Assembly: GCA_963662405.2 (NCBI GenBank)
Contig: CAXXKT010000002.1
Coordinates: 96,001 to 160,000 of the forward strand
Origin: Syntrophales bacterium
GTDB taxonomy: Bacteria > Desulfobacterota > Syntrophia > Syntrophales > UBA2210
Length of the DNA: 64,000 bases
Reading direction: 5' to 3'
Under the pieces are notes generated by a model. The model saw nothing but the letters and a program-made list of their open reading frames with translations. It was not told the DNA's origin and ran no database searches. Below are positions 1 to 10,121 of the stretch, one piece after another. Position 1 is the first letter of the stretch; every line of letters begins with the position of its first letter. Made by a program: the position numbers and the translations under genes.

Positions 1-1
1 G

Positions 2-994
2 ACCTACTGGTACCCGGGCGTGGTTGAGACGATATCGGCGGTCCGCCGTGTTCTTCACGATATCCCCGTCGTCCTGGGAGGAATCTATGCCAGCCTCTGC
101 ACCACGCATGCCGAGCGGCATTCCGGCGCGGATATCGTCATTGCAGGAGAAGGTGAAACGTATCTCCCTCAAATACTGCACGATATTTTCAACGACGCAC
201 CTCTCTTTGTCCCGGACAGGGGTGATCTTGAGTCATACCCCTTCCCCGCCTTTGAACTCCTGCCCGCAAGAGGACATGTCTCCATCATAACATCAAGGGG
301 GTGCCCTTTCAGATGCACCTACTGTGCTACCCATGCATTGAATGGGGATTTCAGGGTCAGGGCTCCCTTGGCGGTCGTCGATGAGATTACCTTCTGGAAA
401 AACAAATTCGGGATCACCAACTTTTCCTTTTACGATGACGCCCTCCTCGTTGGATCAAAGGAACGCGCCGTTCCGATGTTGGAAGAGATTTTGGACAGAG
501 GTCTTTCTTGTAGCTTCCACTGTCCCAACGGTCTCCACCTCAGAGAGATGGACGGACAGCTGGCATCTCTGATGCTCAGGGCGGGCTTCAAAACAATCCG
601 TTTCGGATTCGAGACGGCACGAACCAGCCGCCAAATCGCAACAGGGGGTAAGATAACCAATGAGGAGACAAAGGATGCAGTCGCTGCTCTATTAGAAGCG
701 GGTTACAATGGACACGATATCGGGCTGTACATCTTGTGCGGACTTCCGGGGCAGGACCCTGACGAGATACGTGAGAGCATCTCCTTTGCCCGATCATGCG
801 GGGGCAAGCCCGTGATTACGGAATTCTCGCCCATACCGGGGACGCCGATATGGAAAGAGGCGGTGGAGACATCCCCCTACGATATAGAGAACGAACCCCT
901 CTATCACAACAACACCCTCCTCCCCTGTCGCGGGAAGGACTTCTCTTATGGCATGTATGAGGAATTGAAAAATCTTACGAGGGGATCGAACTGA
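2..994 (+). CDS. B12-binding-domain radical SAM protein (5'-truncated by window edge)
   Basis: Frame open from position 2 (TYWYPGVVE...); GGIYAS B12-domain motif; SRGCPFRCTYC radical SAM motif. Confidence 0.85.
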   Translation, partial: TYWYPGVVETISAVRRVLHDIPVVLGGIYASLCTTHAERHSGADIVIAGEGETYLPQILHDIFNDAPLFVPDRGDLESYPFPAFELLPARGHVSIITSRGCPFRCTYCATHALNGDFRVRAPLAVVDEITFWKNKFGITNFSFYDDALLVGSKERAVPMLEEILDRGLSCSFHCPNGLHLREMDGQLASLMLRAGFKTIRFGFETARTSRQIATGGKITNEETKDAVAALLEAGYNGHDIGLYILCGLPGQDPDEIRESISFARSCGGKPVITEFSPIPGTPIWKEAVETSPYDIENEPLYHNNTLLPCRGKDFSYGMYEELKNLTRGSN

Positions 995-1031
995 TATCCT
1001 TCTCACTTTTCCCATGCATCGTCGGTTACTG

Positions 1032-2168
1032 TCAAAGCATTTCAAGATAGGCCTCAATACGCACCCGGAGTTGCTCGGTATCGCTTTCCGCATAATCGGT
1101 TTCGAGATGGAGGGTGGGAAGATCGGTCTTCTCCTGGACAAACTCGGCTATCTGATAGGCCTCCACATTATAGGTATGACAGGCCTGCCACGTCAGATCA
1201 ATAACGCCGTCGACCGAGAACTCCCGGATCATCTCGTACAACAGATCGAGACGACCGGTGTTGGGGGTCATCACCGAACAGGGTGTTGAGAGATACTGGT
1301 CCGCCAGGGCATCCATGGGATCATTCTCTTCATTTACGGAAAAGGTCTGCTTATAGCCGGAGCAATTTTCGAAGGTGACAACATCCGCCCCGGCCTGTTC
1401 CACTATCTTCACGACCTTGTCGCTCCCGATTCCGACGGGGACGCCGCTCAGGAGAATACGCTTGCGCGCCACCGGTGTATCTTTCCTCTCGAAGGAAGCG
1501 TTTTTGATATCGGCCGTTATTGTCTCCATGAGATGGATCCCCTTCTCCTTGTCCGCGAGAAAACCCACTCTGAAGAGAATTTCGAGGAGGAGAGACCCAC
1601 TCATCAACGCAGGAGTGGCTTTGTTCAGATCCATGAGAACTTTTTTTGCCCTCCGCTCCCGATTCATGAGGTGAATGGCGTCACGCAAACGTGTCTCGGT
1701 AATTTCAATTCCGGTCACGGTCTCGACAACCCCCTTGAAACGCACGAGCTCTCTGCGCCAAGGCTCCAGGGCCGTTGCATGATCCTGACACTGGGGAAGT
1801 TGGAGGACATGGGTCGGTTTGTAACGTGCGAGTAACTCAAACATCTTCTTTTTTCCGTCACAGGTTGTGTCTCCTATGACTATGTCGGAAAACCAGAAGT
1901 AAGGGCAGGTATCAGTCAAGGCAGAACCGAAACTGCTCTTAATTAAGTGACAGAGGTTCCGCGGCAATATCTCCTCTGCTGCCGCGATCGGATCATTCCT
2001 TGTCCCGCACAGTGAAAACGGCATTGCCCCGGCTGCCACGGCAATCTCACGCGGTGAATACAGACAGTAAAAACCAATGGCCGCACGACCATCGGCCTTT
2101 GCCTGCCGTATGTCGTCCAGATTCTCTTCACTAACGCGCTGAATTCTTTCGATTATAGCATGTATCAT
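1032..2168 (-). CDS. Double-cubane-cluster anaerobic reductase (HgdD/FldB-like family), paralog 2
   Basis: Cys motifs GFYCLYSP, LCGT, NLCHLIKS, TCPY, TTCDGKKK, ENCSG, PCSVM, QACHTY; C-terminal ETDY...QLRVRIEAY. Confidence 0.85.
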   Translation of the reverse strand: MIHAIIERIQRVSEENLDDIRQAKADGRAAIGFYCLYSPREIAVAAGAMPFSLCGTRNDPIAAAEEILPRNLCHLIKSSFGSALTDTCPYFWFSDIVIGDTTCDGKKKMFELLARYKPTHVLQLPQCQDHATALEPWRRELVRFKGVVETVTGIEITETRLRDAIHLMNRERRAKKVLMDLNKATPALMSGSLLLEILFRVGFLADKEKGIHLMETITADIKNASFERKDTPVARKRILLSGVPVGIGSDKVVKIVEQAGADVVTFENCSGYKQTFSVNEENDPMDALADQYLSTPCSVMTPNTGRLDLLYEMIREFSVDGVIDLTWQACHTYNVEAYQIAEFVQEKTDLPTLHLETDYAESDTEQLRVRIEAYLEML

Positions 2169-2177
2169 GACACCCTT

Positions 2178-2822
2178 TCAATTGCTGGTTGATGAATTTG
2201 TATATGTATCGGCACTTGTATTGCTGGTTCCTCCGGTCGTTTCGCCACGTATCAACTGTTTCATCCCCTTGAGTGCGGTGATGGTCTTTTCCGGTTTCAG
2301 AAGATATCCGTCAGTCAATTCGAGACCTGCCATACCACCGCCAATCATCTCGAAGAATATCCGCTGCGCGCCAATGGAAAAATCTCGGTATCCGGGACTG
2401 TATCGCCGTGTCGCGCACAGTCCACGAGATTTGCAGTCATTGGTGATCCGCTTATCCATTTTTTTGATCACGTCTTCAATCAAAAAACTCCCTATCCTGT
2501 CCAAGATAAACCCGCGGAAAGTCTGGTGCTGTTTCAGGTACTCCCGCGAGCGTCTCTCCAAGTCCCCTCCCAGTGAGGTAGCAAAAAGCCATACCTGTCG
2601 AGTATCCGACAGGAGGCGTACGAGTGTCTTGCTTTCTTTGGCATACGGATCAAATTGGGCATAGAACTCTTCAATATATAATCTTTTTTCCCATGTTGTC
2701 ACCGAAATGAGCGTAAGGGCTTCCCGCCAGAGTTTCTCTGCCTCTTCACGCGTCCGGGAATTTTCCTCCACCTGCAGGTATCGCGAGACGTGTCTGTCAA
2801 ATATGAGATGTTTTTTCTCCAA
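2178..2822 (-). CDS. Stand-alone MetH-type cobalamin reactivation (SAM-binding) domain protein
   Basis: FATSLG...LDRIGS...TRRYSPGYRDF...LKPEKTITA pattern; TTG start after GAGGTG. Confidence 0.75.
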   Translation of the reverse strand: MEKKHLIFDRHVSRYLQVEENSRTREEAEKLWREALTLISVTTWEKRLYIEEFYAQFDPYAKESKTLVRLLSDTRQVWLFATSLGGDLERRSREYLKQHQTFRGFILDRIGSFLIEDVIKKMDKRITNDCKSRGLCATRRYSPGYRDFSIGAQRIFFEMIGGGMAGLELTDGYLLKPEKTITALKGMKQLIRGETTGGTSNTSADTYTNSSTSN

Positions 2823-2831
2823 GGAAGCACC

Positions 2832-4439
2832 TCATCGGGGGTAAGCGGACCGGAGCAAGGCCTTCTGCACCAATCTCAAGGCCGCAATGGCATCTCTGCC
2901 ATACCCCTGGGCACGTATATCCGTTGCGATGTGCTGGTTGGCGGCAGCACCACCGATAAAGACGGAAACATCCTCAAACCCGGATGATCGTAATTGTTCA
3001 ATTACTTCCGCCAGCTGCCTTCGGGCGGAGGTAATAAATGCCGATAGGCAGACCACGGATACCTGTTGAGAGGCAACCACTTCCAAAAATTGCTCCGCGC
3101 TGACATCGACCCCCATGTCTACGACATTGATATTATGAGACTCTAATATAATTCTTACCAGGTCTTTCCCGATTTCATGAAAGTCACCCCTGACCGTGCC
3201 AAGGGCGACTTGCGGCGATGAGGACTCTTTTGGAGCGGCGACGCAGGTCTCCAAGGCCTTGAAACCGCTATAGAACGCATCCGTAACCATCAGCATTTCA
3301 GGAAGGTAACAGAGCTTGGACTCATACCTTCCGCTCGCCTTGCGGACCGCCCGCATGAGTCCCGCATTGACCAGAATAAGTGGATCGGCTCCTTTTTGAA
3401 GGGCATGATCGACCAATTCCGGGACCCGTTTCTCCTGTCCCGTGTGGACTTCCTCACCCAACATCCGGAGCACACCCGCATGGAATCCTATCTCGGTGAG
3501 GCAACGCCGTCCCGATTCCACAAAATCGACTATATTCTCAATCGGCGTTGCGGGAGGAAGAGCACAGCCGGTACTCAGTGTAAAGTTTGTTCGGACTCCC
3601 GCAGTTTCGACAAGATCCTTGACGGCTGCAGTCACCCTTTGAGATGAACCCATCTCAACTATCTCCGGGTCCACATTTCCGATGATCTGGACTGACTCAG
3701 GGAACAAATCTTCAACAACCAAGAGGTTCATGCACTGGTCAAGACTGATTCCGTCCGCACCGGTCGCTATCATCTGATCGATAACCGGCGTCGTATCACC
3801 GCATACGTGGAGAAATTTCGCCACGGAAGGAGAGGTGTCAAAAACCGCGCGAAGGAATTCTCCTGCAAAACGCTCAAAATCATCGGGGGGCAGGAGAGAA
3901 GCCAGCGGATCCGATATCCAGAGCAGATTCGCACCCGAATCCAAGAGATAGCGGCTATATTCCTGTGCAGAGCAGGTTATCCGTACAAGGAGATCGCGGA
4001 TTTCTTCCGGTCGCGCAATTACGCCGCGGAGGATCTCTTTTTCTCCTATCAGCTGGCCTGCCACGGTAAACGGCCCATGCGTGAGGGCGGCTATATGTTT
4101 GTGGGGGAACACCCTGTTCATATAACGAACAACTTCACCATTGATGCGCATTCTTTCAACATCGTTCGGTCTTTTGGGTGATGCAATACACCGGGCAGGC
4201 TCCGCGACGGAGGGCATTGCATCGGGACAGTAGCTCACCCGGGCTCCCAGCACCTCCGCTTGAATCGTGACATCACCGAAAAAAAACAGGAGGTCCGCAT
4301 CAATCCGCTCATAATACCGTAAAACCGCCTCGCTCTTGATCGCTGCATCCCAGCTGATGCGATCAATACCCTCCGATACACATTGGGCTGATGGCAGGGC
4401 ATTGATGGGAAACACCCAATCGTGAAACCTGTTTTTCAT
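2832..4439 (-). CDS. Fusion of UroD-fold MtaA/CmuA-type methyltransferase (MT2) with B12 cap and corrinoid-binding domain
   Basis: Zn ligands LHVCG and STGC in the N-terminal half; GTVRGDFHEIGKDLV (DxHxxG) and GGAA in the C-terminal half. Confidence 0.85.
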   Translation of the reverse strand: MKNRFHDWVFPINALPSAQCVSEGIDRISWDAAIKSEAVLRYYERIDADLLFFFGDVTIQAEVLGARVSYCPDAMPSVAEPARCIASPKRPNDVERMRINGEVVRYMNRVFPHKHIAALTHGPFTVAGQLIGEKEILRGVIARPEEIRDLLVRITCSAQEYSRYLLDSGANLLWISDPLASLLPPDDFERFAGEFLRAVFDTSPSVAKFLHVCGDTTPVIDQMIATGADGISLDQCMNLLVVEDLFPESVQIIGNVDPEIVEMGSSQRVTAAVKDLVETAGVRTNFTLSTGCALPPATPIENIVDFVESGRRCLTEIGFHAGVLRMLGEEVHTGQEKRVPELVDHALQKGADPLILVNAGLMRAVRKASGRYESKLCYLPEMLMVTDAFYSGFKALETCVAAPKESSSPQVALGTVRGDFHEIGKDLVRIILESHNINVVDMGVDVSAEQFLEVVASQQVSVVCLSAFITSARRQLAEVIEQLRSSGFEDVSVFIGGAAANQHIATDIRAQGYGRDAIAALRLVQKALLRSAYPR

Positions 4440-4454
4440 GAATCGACCCCCTTC

Positions 4455-5186
4455 TCAGCTGAGCGTTCGAGTTATCAGGAGTAGTGCCAGGATAAAAAGA
4501 AAGCCGTTGGCGATCCCTTTGAATCTTCCGTCTGACACATTTTGACACACCATTGCACCGCACCACACCCCCAGTAAAACAAAAGGGGCCATGCAGATAT
4601 TCAGACGGAGGAGAGTCCAGGAAAAGAGTCCCATTGCCTGATACGCCAGGAGCAGGCATAAATTGGCAATAAGGAAAAATGCTTGCAGATCCGCCTTAAA
4701 CCCATAGCGATCTGAATGGATTACCGTGTTCAAGACGATCACCGGCGGACCGGGCATATAGACGGCACCCCCCAATATACCGGAGAGTCCCCCCGCCGTA
4801 ACGCCCCACCCCCAATGGACCCGTCGTTTCTGCAGGATTGAACTCCCTTTTGTGATGGACCACAGGGCGAATCCACAGAGGGTAACCCCGATAATAAGCT
4901 TGAGCACCGCATCCGGGAATCGGGACAGGGCAGCCAGCCCCAGAGAGACACTCGGGACAAATCCCCCAAGCTGCGGCCAGATCCGACGGAGTCGGATGTG
5001 TGAACGCAACTGTATGAGCAGAATGATGTTGATCATCACGGTATACACGAACAAAAGAGGGATAATCTGCCGGATAGGCCATATAAATGACAACAACGGG
5101 ATGGCCACCATGGTAAAGCCAAAACCAAAGAGCCCCATCAGGATACTGGCAAGAAAAAGAGTAATGATCACAACCGCAAGATCCAT
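4455..5186 (-). CDS. TauE/SafE (TSUP) family membrane transporter
   Basis: GLFGFG and GILGGAVYMPGPP repeats; about 8 hydrophobic segments. Confidence 0.85.
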   Translation of the reverse strand: MDLAVVIITLFLASILMGLFGFGFTMVAIPLLSFIWPIRQIIPLLFVYTVMINIILLIQLRSHIRLRRIWPQLGGFVPSVSLGLAALSRFPDAVLKLIIGVTLCGFALWSITKGSSILQKRRVHWGWGVTAGGLSGILGGAVYMPGPPVIVLNTVIHSDRYGFKADLQAFFLIANLCLLLAYQAMGLFSWTLLRLNICMAPFVLLGVWCGAMVCQNVSDGRFKGIANGFLFILALLLITRTLS

Positions 5187-5933
5187 TCAGCTCACGCCCT
5201 CCAGAAGCACATGGATCCGATCGCACAGCTCCAGAAAAGCCGGGGAGTTCTTCTCACGCGGTCGCGGTAGTGTACACTCCAGTATCGCCTGGATACGGCC
5301 GGGCAGTCCCTGCATAACCACCACCCGATCGGCAAGCAGAACCGCCTCCGTGATATCGTGAGTTACGAAGATAATCGTTTTCCGGTCAGTCTTCCATACA
5401 CGCACCAACTCCTGCTGCAGCGCAAAACGGGTCTGGGCATCCAGGGCACCAAAGGGTTCGTCCATGAGCAGCACCTCGGGTCTGGCGGCCAAGGCACGGG
5501 CCACAGCAACCCTCTGTTGCATACCGCCGGATAATTCTGCGGGGTAAGTATCCTCATGATCGGCAAGTCCCACCAGTGAGAGATAATACCGGGCCTTTTT
5601 TTTCCGTTCGGCTTTTCCAATCCCCTGTACCTCCAGGCCAAAGGCCACATTCGCCAGTGCTGTACGCCACGGGAAAAGCGTGTAACGCTGGAATACCACA
5701 CACCGGTCCGACGATGGTCCGTTAACCGGCCGTCCGTGGAGCGTGATACGGCCGGCAGTAGCCTTCTCCAGACCGGCAATAAGGCGCAAAGCGGTGGTCT
5801 TACCGCAACCGGAACGTCCGACGATGCAGACGAACTCGTTTTCCCCGATAGTCATCGAGATGCCGCCCACAGCCTGGATATCATGACCGTTGGTGGTTGA
5901 ATAGACCTTTGTAACATTGTCCAGTTCGAGCAT
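5187..5933 (-). CDS. ABC transporter ATP-binding protein (nitrate/sulfonate/taurine class)
   Basis: GRSGCGKT, LSGGMQQR, LLMDEPFGALD, VTHD. Confidence 0.95.
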   Translation of the reverse strand: MLELDNVTKVYSTTNGHDIQAVGGISMTIGENEFVCIVGRSGCGKTTALRLIAGLEKATAGRITLHGRPVNGPSSDRCVVFQRYTLFPWRTALANVAFGLEVQGIGKAERKKKARYYLSLVGLADHEDTYPAELSGGMQQRVAVARALAARPEVLLMDEPFGALDAQTRFALQQELVRVWKTDRKTIIFVTHDITEAVLLADRVVVMQGLPGRIQAILECTLPRPREKNSPAFLELCDRIHVLLEGVS

Positions 5934-5936
5934 ACG

Positions 5937-6770
5937 TTATCCCATTCTTCTCCAAGTCAATTGCGTCTCCAGTCGGCGAAATCCATGATCCATGGCAAAA
6001 CCGATAATGCCGATGGTCACCATCCCGGCGACGATGATGTCGGCACGCATGAGCTCGTACGCGTACCAGATCAGATACCCAAGACCGGAACTGCTGCCCG
6101 GCATCATTTCAGCCGCAACCAGGCACATCCACCCGATACCCAAGCCGACACGAAGACCGGTAACCACCAGGGGCAGGCTGGAAGGGATAAGGACCTTCAT
6201 CAGCAGTGACCATCTGCGAGCTCCCAAGGTACGTGCCGACTCGATGTACTCTGGCGGAATCTGCTGCACCCCTTGGATCGTATTGAGGAGAATCGGGAAG
6301 AAGGCCCCGATGAAGATGATGATCAGGGTGGAAAACTGAATCCCGGACCAGATCGGGCTGGTAATCAAGAAAGGAAACCAGTCCGCGATGCTGTGGATAC
6401 CCAGCCAGGCAAGGATCAGCGGTACCCAGGCCAGGGGGGGGATAGGCCGTATTATCTCAATCGTGGAGCCCATGAACTGATTGAACGGTCTGTAATACCC
6501 CATGGCCAACCCCATGGGTACCGCGGTGATCACGGCCAGCGAAAAACCGAGCACGACTCGGATAAGACTGACAGCCATATTTTCAAAGAGACTGCCGGTA
6601 ATGAGAATCTTTGTTGCGGGATGCAGAAGGAGCACCGCCACGTCATCGAGCCGGGGAAGAATCGTCTGTTTGTTCAGCCATAGCGCCAATATCTGCCACA
6701 AGGCCGCCAGCGCCAGTGGAAGCAAGACGTGATTCGAGTGACGGAGGATGCGTTGTCTCAAGTTAATCAA
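5937..6770 (-). CDS. ABC transporter permease (SsuC/TauC class)
   Basis: RPIPPLAW, ESARTLGA EAA loop, AAEM. Confidence 0.93.
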   Translation of the reverse strand: MINLRQRILRHSNHVLLPLALAALWQILALWLNKQTILPRLDDVAVLLLHPATKILITGSLFENMAVSLIRVVLGFSLAVITAVPMGLAMGYYRPFNQFMGSTIEIIRPIPPLAWVPLILAWLGIHSIADWFPFLITSPIWSGIQFSTLIIIFIGAFFPILLNTIQGVQQIPPEYIESARTLGARRWSLLMKVLIPSSLPLVVTGLRVGLGIGWMCLVAAEMMPGSSSGLGYLIWYAYELMRADIIVAGMVTIGIIGFAMDHGFRRLETQLTWRRMG

Positions 6771-7942
6771 AGAATAATACCCCTTGCCTCCAGTTGCTTG
6801 CGGGCTTTTTTCATCAATCCGAAATCAAAGCTTTTCTCCTCCATGGTCTCCCCGTGGAGGCCCTTCAGCTTCCCTTCGAATATCCCCATCTTGTCCATGG
6901 TCTGTGCAAACACATCCACACTCTGCCGCCATGTCTCGCTGGGAATCGTGGTGTAACTCATACTTTGCATGGCCACCGTCTCCACCGATACCGGTACCCC
7001 CAACCAGGACGAACAAGCCTGTGCGGTAAGATCCTTGCGTGTGTTGCTCATCTTGACCCCCAGTGCCATAAGGGAAAGGACCCGAACGACCAGTTCGGGA
7101 TCACGGGCCATGAAGGATCCGGTCGCCTCAAGCGAACAACAGGCATGTCCCTGCCAGCGGCTGAGCGGCGGCACATCCTGCAGATTCAGGATCAATCGCC
7201 CTACACCCCGGTCAATGGTGACGGCGGGGAAAGGCTGAGCACCGATAATCGCTTCGGTAATGCCGTTGCTGAGAGCAGCCACGAGGTTGCCGTGCCCCTT
7301 CATATTGATAAAAAGAATATCGGCCTTCCTGTTCGATGAATCCTCGGTATAGGAAATCCCCTCATGATCCAGCGCCGAGCGGAAGATGATGGCAGATACC
7401 GTGTGAGGCCCCGGCATGCCGATCTTGAATTGCCGCCCCTGGTTTTTCACAGAGGATACGAAGGATTCCCAGTCTTGTATGGGTTGCTCCTTATTGACGA
7501 CGAAGACATTTCCGGCGGTCTGGAGGGGAGAAATGATCTTCGTGTCGACTCCTTTATCTACCGACATCAGAATGGCCTGCGTACCGCTGATGGCCATATC
7601 GACACTCCCCTGTGCCACCAATTTTTCCACATCAGACCCCTTTTTCGCGGGGACCATCTGTACGCGTGCAAGGACGCTTCCGTTGTCGCAAAGCTCATAA
7701 AACTTGGTATCGGTGAGCGGTTTCAACCACATCTTGTACTCCTGTTCAAAAAGCTCACCGTGCATGCCGGCAACCATGAGAGGAGCATGGTGGTCGGAGA
7801 GAATGTAGCCCAGACGAATAGTGGGGACGCTGGACCATGCCCTCTTGGCATTGAACAGGCCAACTCCCAAGGGGGTGGCCGCTGCACCCACGGCGATTGA
7901 TCCGGCGGTCTTTATAAAACTCCGACGCGTGATTTTTTTCAT
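6767..7942 (-). CDS. ABC transporter substrate-binding protein, Tat-exported (NrtA/SsuA-like)
   Basis: ATG after AAGGAG; twin-arginine TRRSFIK; SDHH and HACC motifs. Confidence 0.88.
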   Translation of the reverse strand: MKKITRRSFIKTAGSIAVGAAATPLGVGLFNAKRAWSSVPTIRLGYILSDHHAPLMVAGMHGELFEQEYKMWLKPLTDTKFYELCDNGSVLARVQMVPAKKGSDVEKLVAQGSVDMAISGTQAILMSVDKGVDTKIISPLQTAGNVFVVNKEQPIQDWESFVSSVKNQGRQFKIGMPGPHTVSAIIFRSALDHEGISYTEDSSNRKADILFINMKGHGNLVAALSNGITEAIIGAQPFPAVTIDRGVGRLILNLQDVPPLSRWQGHACCSLEATGSFMARDPELVVRVLSLMALGVKMSNTRKDLTAQACSSWLGVPVSVETVAMQSMSYTTIPSETWRQSVDVFAQTMDKMGIFEGKLKGLHGETMEEKSFDFGLMKKARKQLEARGIIL

Positions 7943-8067
7943 TGGGCAACTCCTTTCTGAATCTTTTTGCTCTTTATAGCGTATTCGGAATACGAATGAA
8001 TCATGGGACATACATATGGGAGTGGACTGACCATCAGTTCAAACAAATCAATAATGAGGTATGATGC

Positions 8068-8820
8068 TCAGACCAGTTCCGATGCCAGGAGAGCCGCACC
8101 CAAGGCTCCAACCAACTGAGGGTCTTCGGGAACAAGAATGTTCCGTTTCAACTTTTCCTGAAGCAGTGCACACATGCAGGGGTTCCTGGCAACGCCACCG
8201 GTAAAGACGATAGCTCCTTCCGACGAGACGCGATTGATCATACTCCCCGCCCGCCGAATCACGCTGCTGTGCAATCCGAGGGCGATTTCACGCCTGTCTT
8301 GCCCTTTTGCGATCAGGGAGGTGACCTCGGACTCAGCGAATACCGTGCACATGCTGGAGATATTGAGTCCCTCCTCCGCCATGAGCGCTTCCCGGCCAAA
8401 AAGCGTGAGGTCATAGCCAAGGGTCTTGGCCATGACCTCCAGGAACTTCCCGGTGCCGGCGGCACAGCGATCATTCATCTCGAACTTCTTTATCTTCCCG
8501 TTTTCCTGCATGGCTATGGCCTTACTGTCTTGCCCTCCGATATCGAGAACCGTCAAGGCGTCGGGGAAAAAGGCACGTGCCCCCCTGGCATGGGCCTTGA
8601 TCTCCGTGACCGTTGGCATATCAAAGAAGGTCTCGCACAGGTTTCGGCCGTAGCCTGTGGCCATGATGCGATCGTACTCAACCCCGTCAAGCATCTTTTG
8701 GGCCTCCTCCACGGGATCGAAGCCGGTGTCTGCCTGGAGGCTGAGAGTAATTTTCCCTTCTTTATCCACGACAACCAACTCTATCGTCCGTGAGCCGATG
8801 TCAATTCCCGCAAAGCGCAT
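8068..8820 (-). CDS. ATP-dependent [4Fe-4S] activator (acyl-CoA dehydratase activase / DCCP reductase, ASKHA fold)
   Basis: GIDIGS, ATGYGR, DIGGQDSK, MNDRCAAGTG, CTVFAESE, GGVA. Confidence 0.93.
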   Translation of the reverse strand: MRFAGIDIGSRTIELVVVDKEGKITLSLQADTGFDPVEEAQKMLDGVEYDRIMATGYGRNLCETFFDMPTVTEIKAHARGARAFFPDALTVLDIGGQDSKAIAMQENGKIKKFEMNDRCAAGTGKFLEVMAKTLGYDLTLFGREALMAEEGLNISSMCTVFAESEVTSLIAKGQDRREIALGLHSSVIRRAGSMINRVSSEGAIVFTGGVARNPCMCALLQEKLKRNILVPEDPQLVGALGAALLASELV

Positions 8821-8843
8821 ACTGAAACAACCTTTCCCGCAAT

Positions 8844-10121
8844 TTAACGTAACTGCTCTATAAAGGCCTCTATTCTGGTCTTCAACTGGCCGGCATCCTC
8901 CATACTATAGTCGGTCTCGATACGCAGGCAGGGGATATCAGCCGCTTCGAGAGCATTCTCGACCGGTATAGATTCCATGAGATAGGGCTGACAGAACTGC
9001 AGACCATAGTGGATCACCCCATCCGCCTTATATGTGTCAACCATCTCCTGGATATGCCTCAGGCGGTCGGGATTGGGGGTAAAGATTGCGCAATCGACCC
9101 TGAAATAACGGTCAACGATGGCGTCAATCATCTCGTCGATGTCTGTTCCCGATTCATCCGTTAAGTTGCGGCATCCACGCTCTCCCACGCAAGACTCCTC
9201 GCCCACGATCACCGCACCTGATGACTCAACAATGGTGGGAAGTTTCCAGTTTGGAACCGCCTGAGGACATCCTGAGATGATGATACGTGGTGTCTTTTCC
9301 GAGAAGACGCCTTTTTTATCATTGATTCTCCGTTCCAATGCATCACAGATCTTGTTTAGCGATTCTGTGAAGCGAGCGGGGTTGTCATAAAAGGAGACCT
9401 GATTGGCCAAGAGGGCGTCCAGACCCGATATTGGTGCCGGATTTGCCGTGCGAAGGGAGGCGAGTCGGTGGAGGGCCGCCCGTTTTGCGTTGACTGCCCG
9501 GATCCCCTGCCCCAATGATTCAGGGGTGATAGCAGTGCCGGTCAGGGTTTCAAGGGCTTTCATGAAACGGTTGTATTCGGCCTTCAGAAGCTCCCGCCCC
9601 TGCTCGGATTTTACCTGTGGAAGATCCATGACATAGAGCCCATTCACCAAGTCCCCCAAGGATTCATATGCCTTCTTTTTCCCATCGCAGGTATTCTCGC
9701 CGACAATCATGTCAGCACATTCCAGATAGGGACAGACCCTGCCGAGTTTAAACCCGAACGATGACTTGATCAGGGCACAGGTATTGCGGGGCAGGAGTCT
9801 TTCCACATCCTCCATGGCAAAATCGGCTCCCGAACAGAGTCCCACTAACGTGGCATGAGCGGCAAGGACAATCTCCTCGGGCACAAAGACACAGTATGAA
9901 CCGACAATTTTACGCCCCCCCTTCTTCTCATCCAGCAATTCTTTGATCCTCAGGCCATGGATCTCACTCATGACAAAATCGAAATAGGCCATCTCTTCCG
10001 GACGATCTTTCTGCGACAGGAAAATATCCTGATAGGCGTTATTCAAAACGCCCAGCAGGGCATCATGGCCATCGAGGTCAAGTCCGAGCGCCGACCACAT
10101 GGAACGGTAATCTTCATTCAT
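8844..10121 (-). CDS. Double-cubane-cluster anaerobic reductase, paralog 1
   Basis: GSYCVFVPEE, LCSG, NTCALIKS, CPY, ENTCDGKKK, EESCVG, DCAIF, QFCQPY; RBS AAGGAGG. Confidence 0.88.
   Translation of the reverse strand: MNEDYRSMWSALGLDLDGHDALLGVLNNAYQDIFLSQKDRPEEMAYFDFVMSEIHGLRIKELLDEKKGGRKIVGSYCVFVPEEIVLAAHATLVGLCSGADFAMEDVERLLPRNTCALIKSSFGFKLGRVCPYLECADMIVGENTCDGKKKAYESLGDLVNGLYVMDLPQVKSEQGRELLKAEYNRFMKALETLTGTAITPESLGQGIRAVNAKRAALHRLASLRTANPAPISGLDALLANQVSFYDNPARFTESLNKICDALERRINDKKGVFSEKTPRIIISGCPQAVPNWKLPTIVESSGAVIVGEESCVGERGCRNLTDESGTDIDEMIDAIVDRYFRVDCAIFTPNPDRLRHIQEMVDTYKADGVIHYGLQFCQPYLMESIPVENALEAADIPCLRIETDYSMEDAGQLKTRIEAFIEQLR

Noticed and set aside
5184..5189. In-frame TGA-ATG junction between the ABC ATPase and TSUP genes as a read-through fusion
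   Set aside because: Both proteins are full length, the position is not a Cys site, and abutting genes are normal in operons (same for gcvH TAG-ATG gcvPA)
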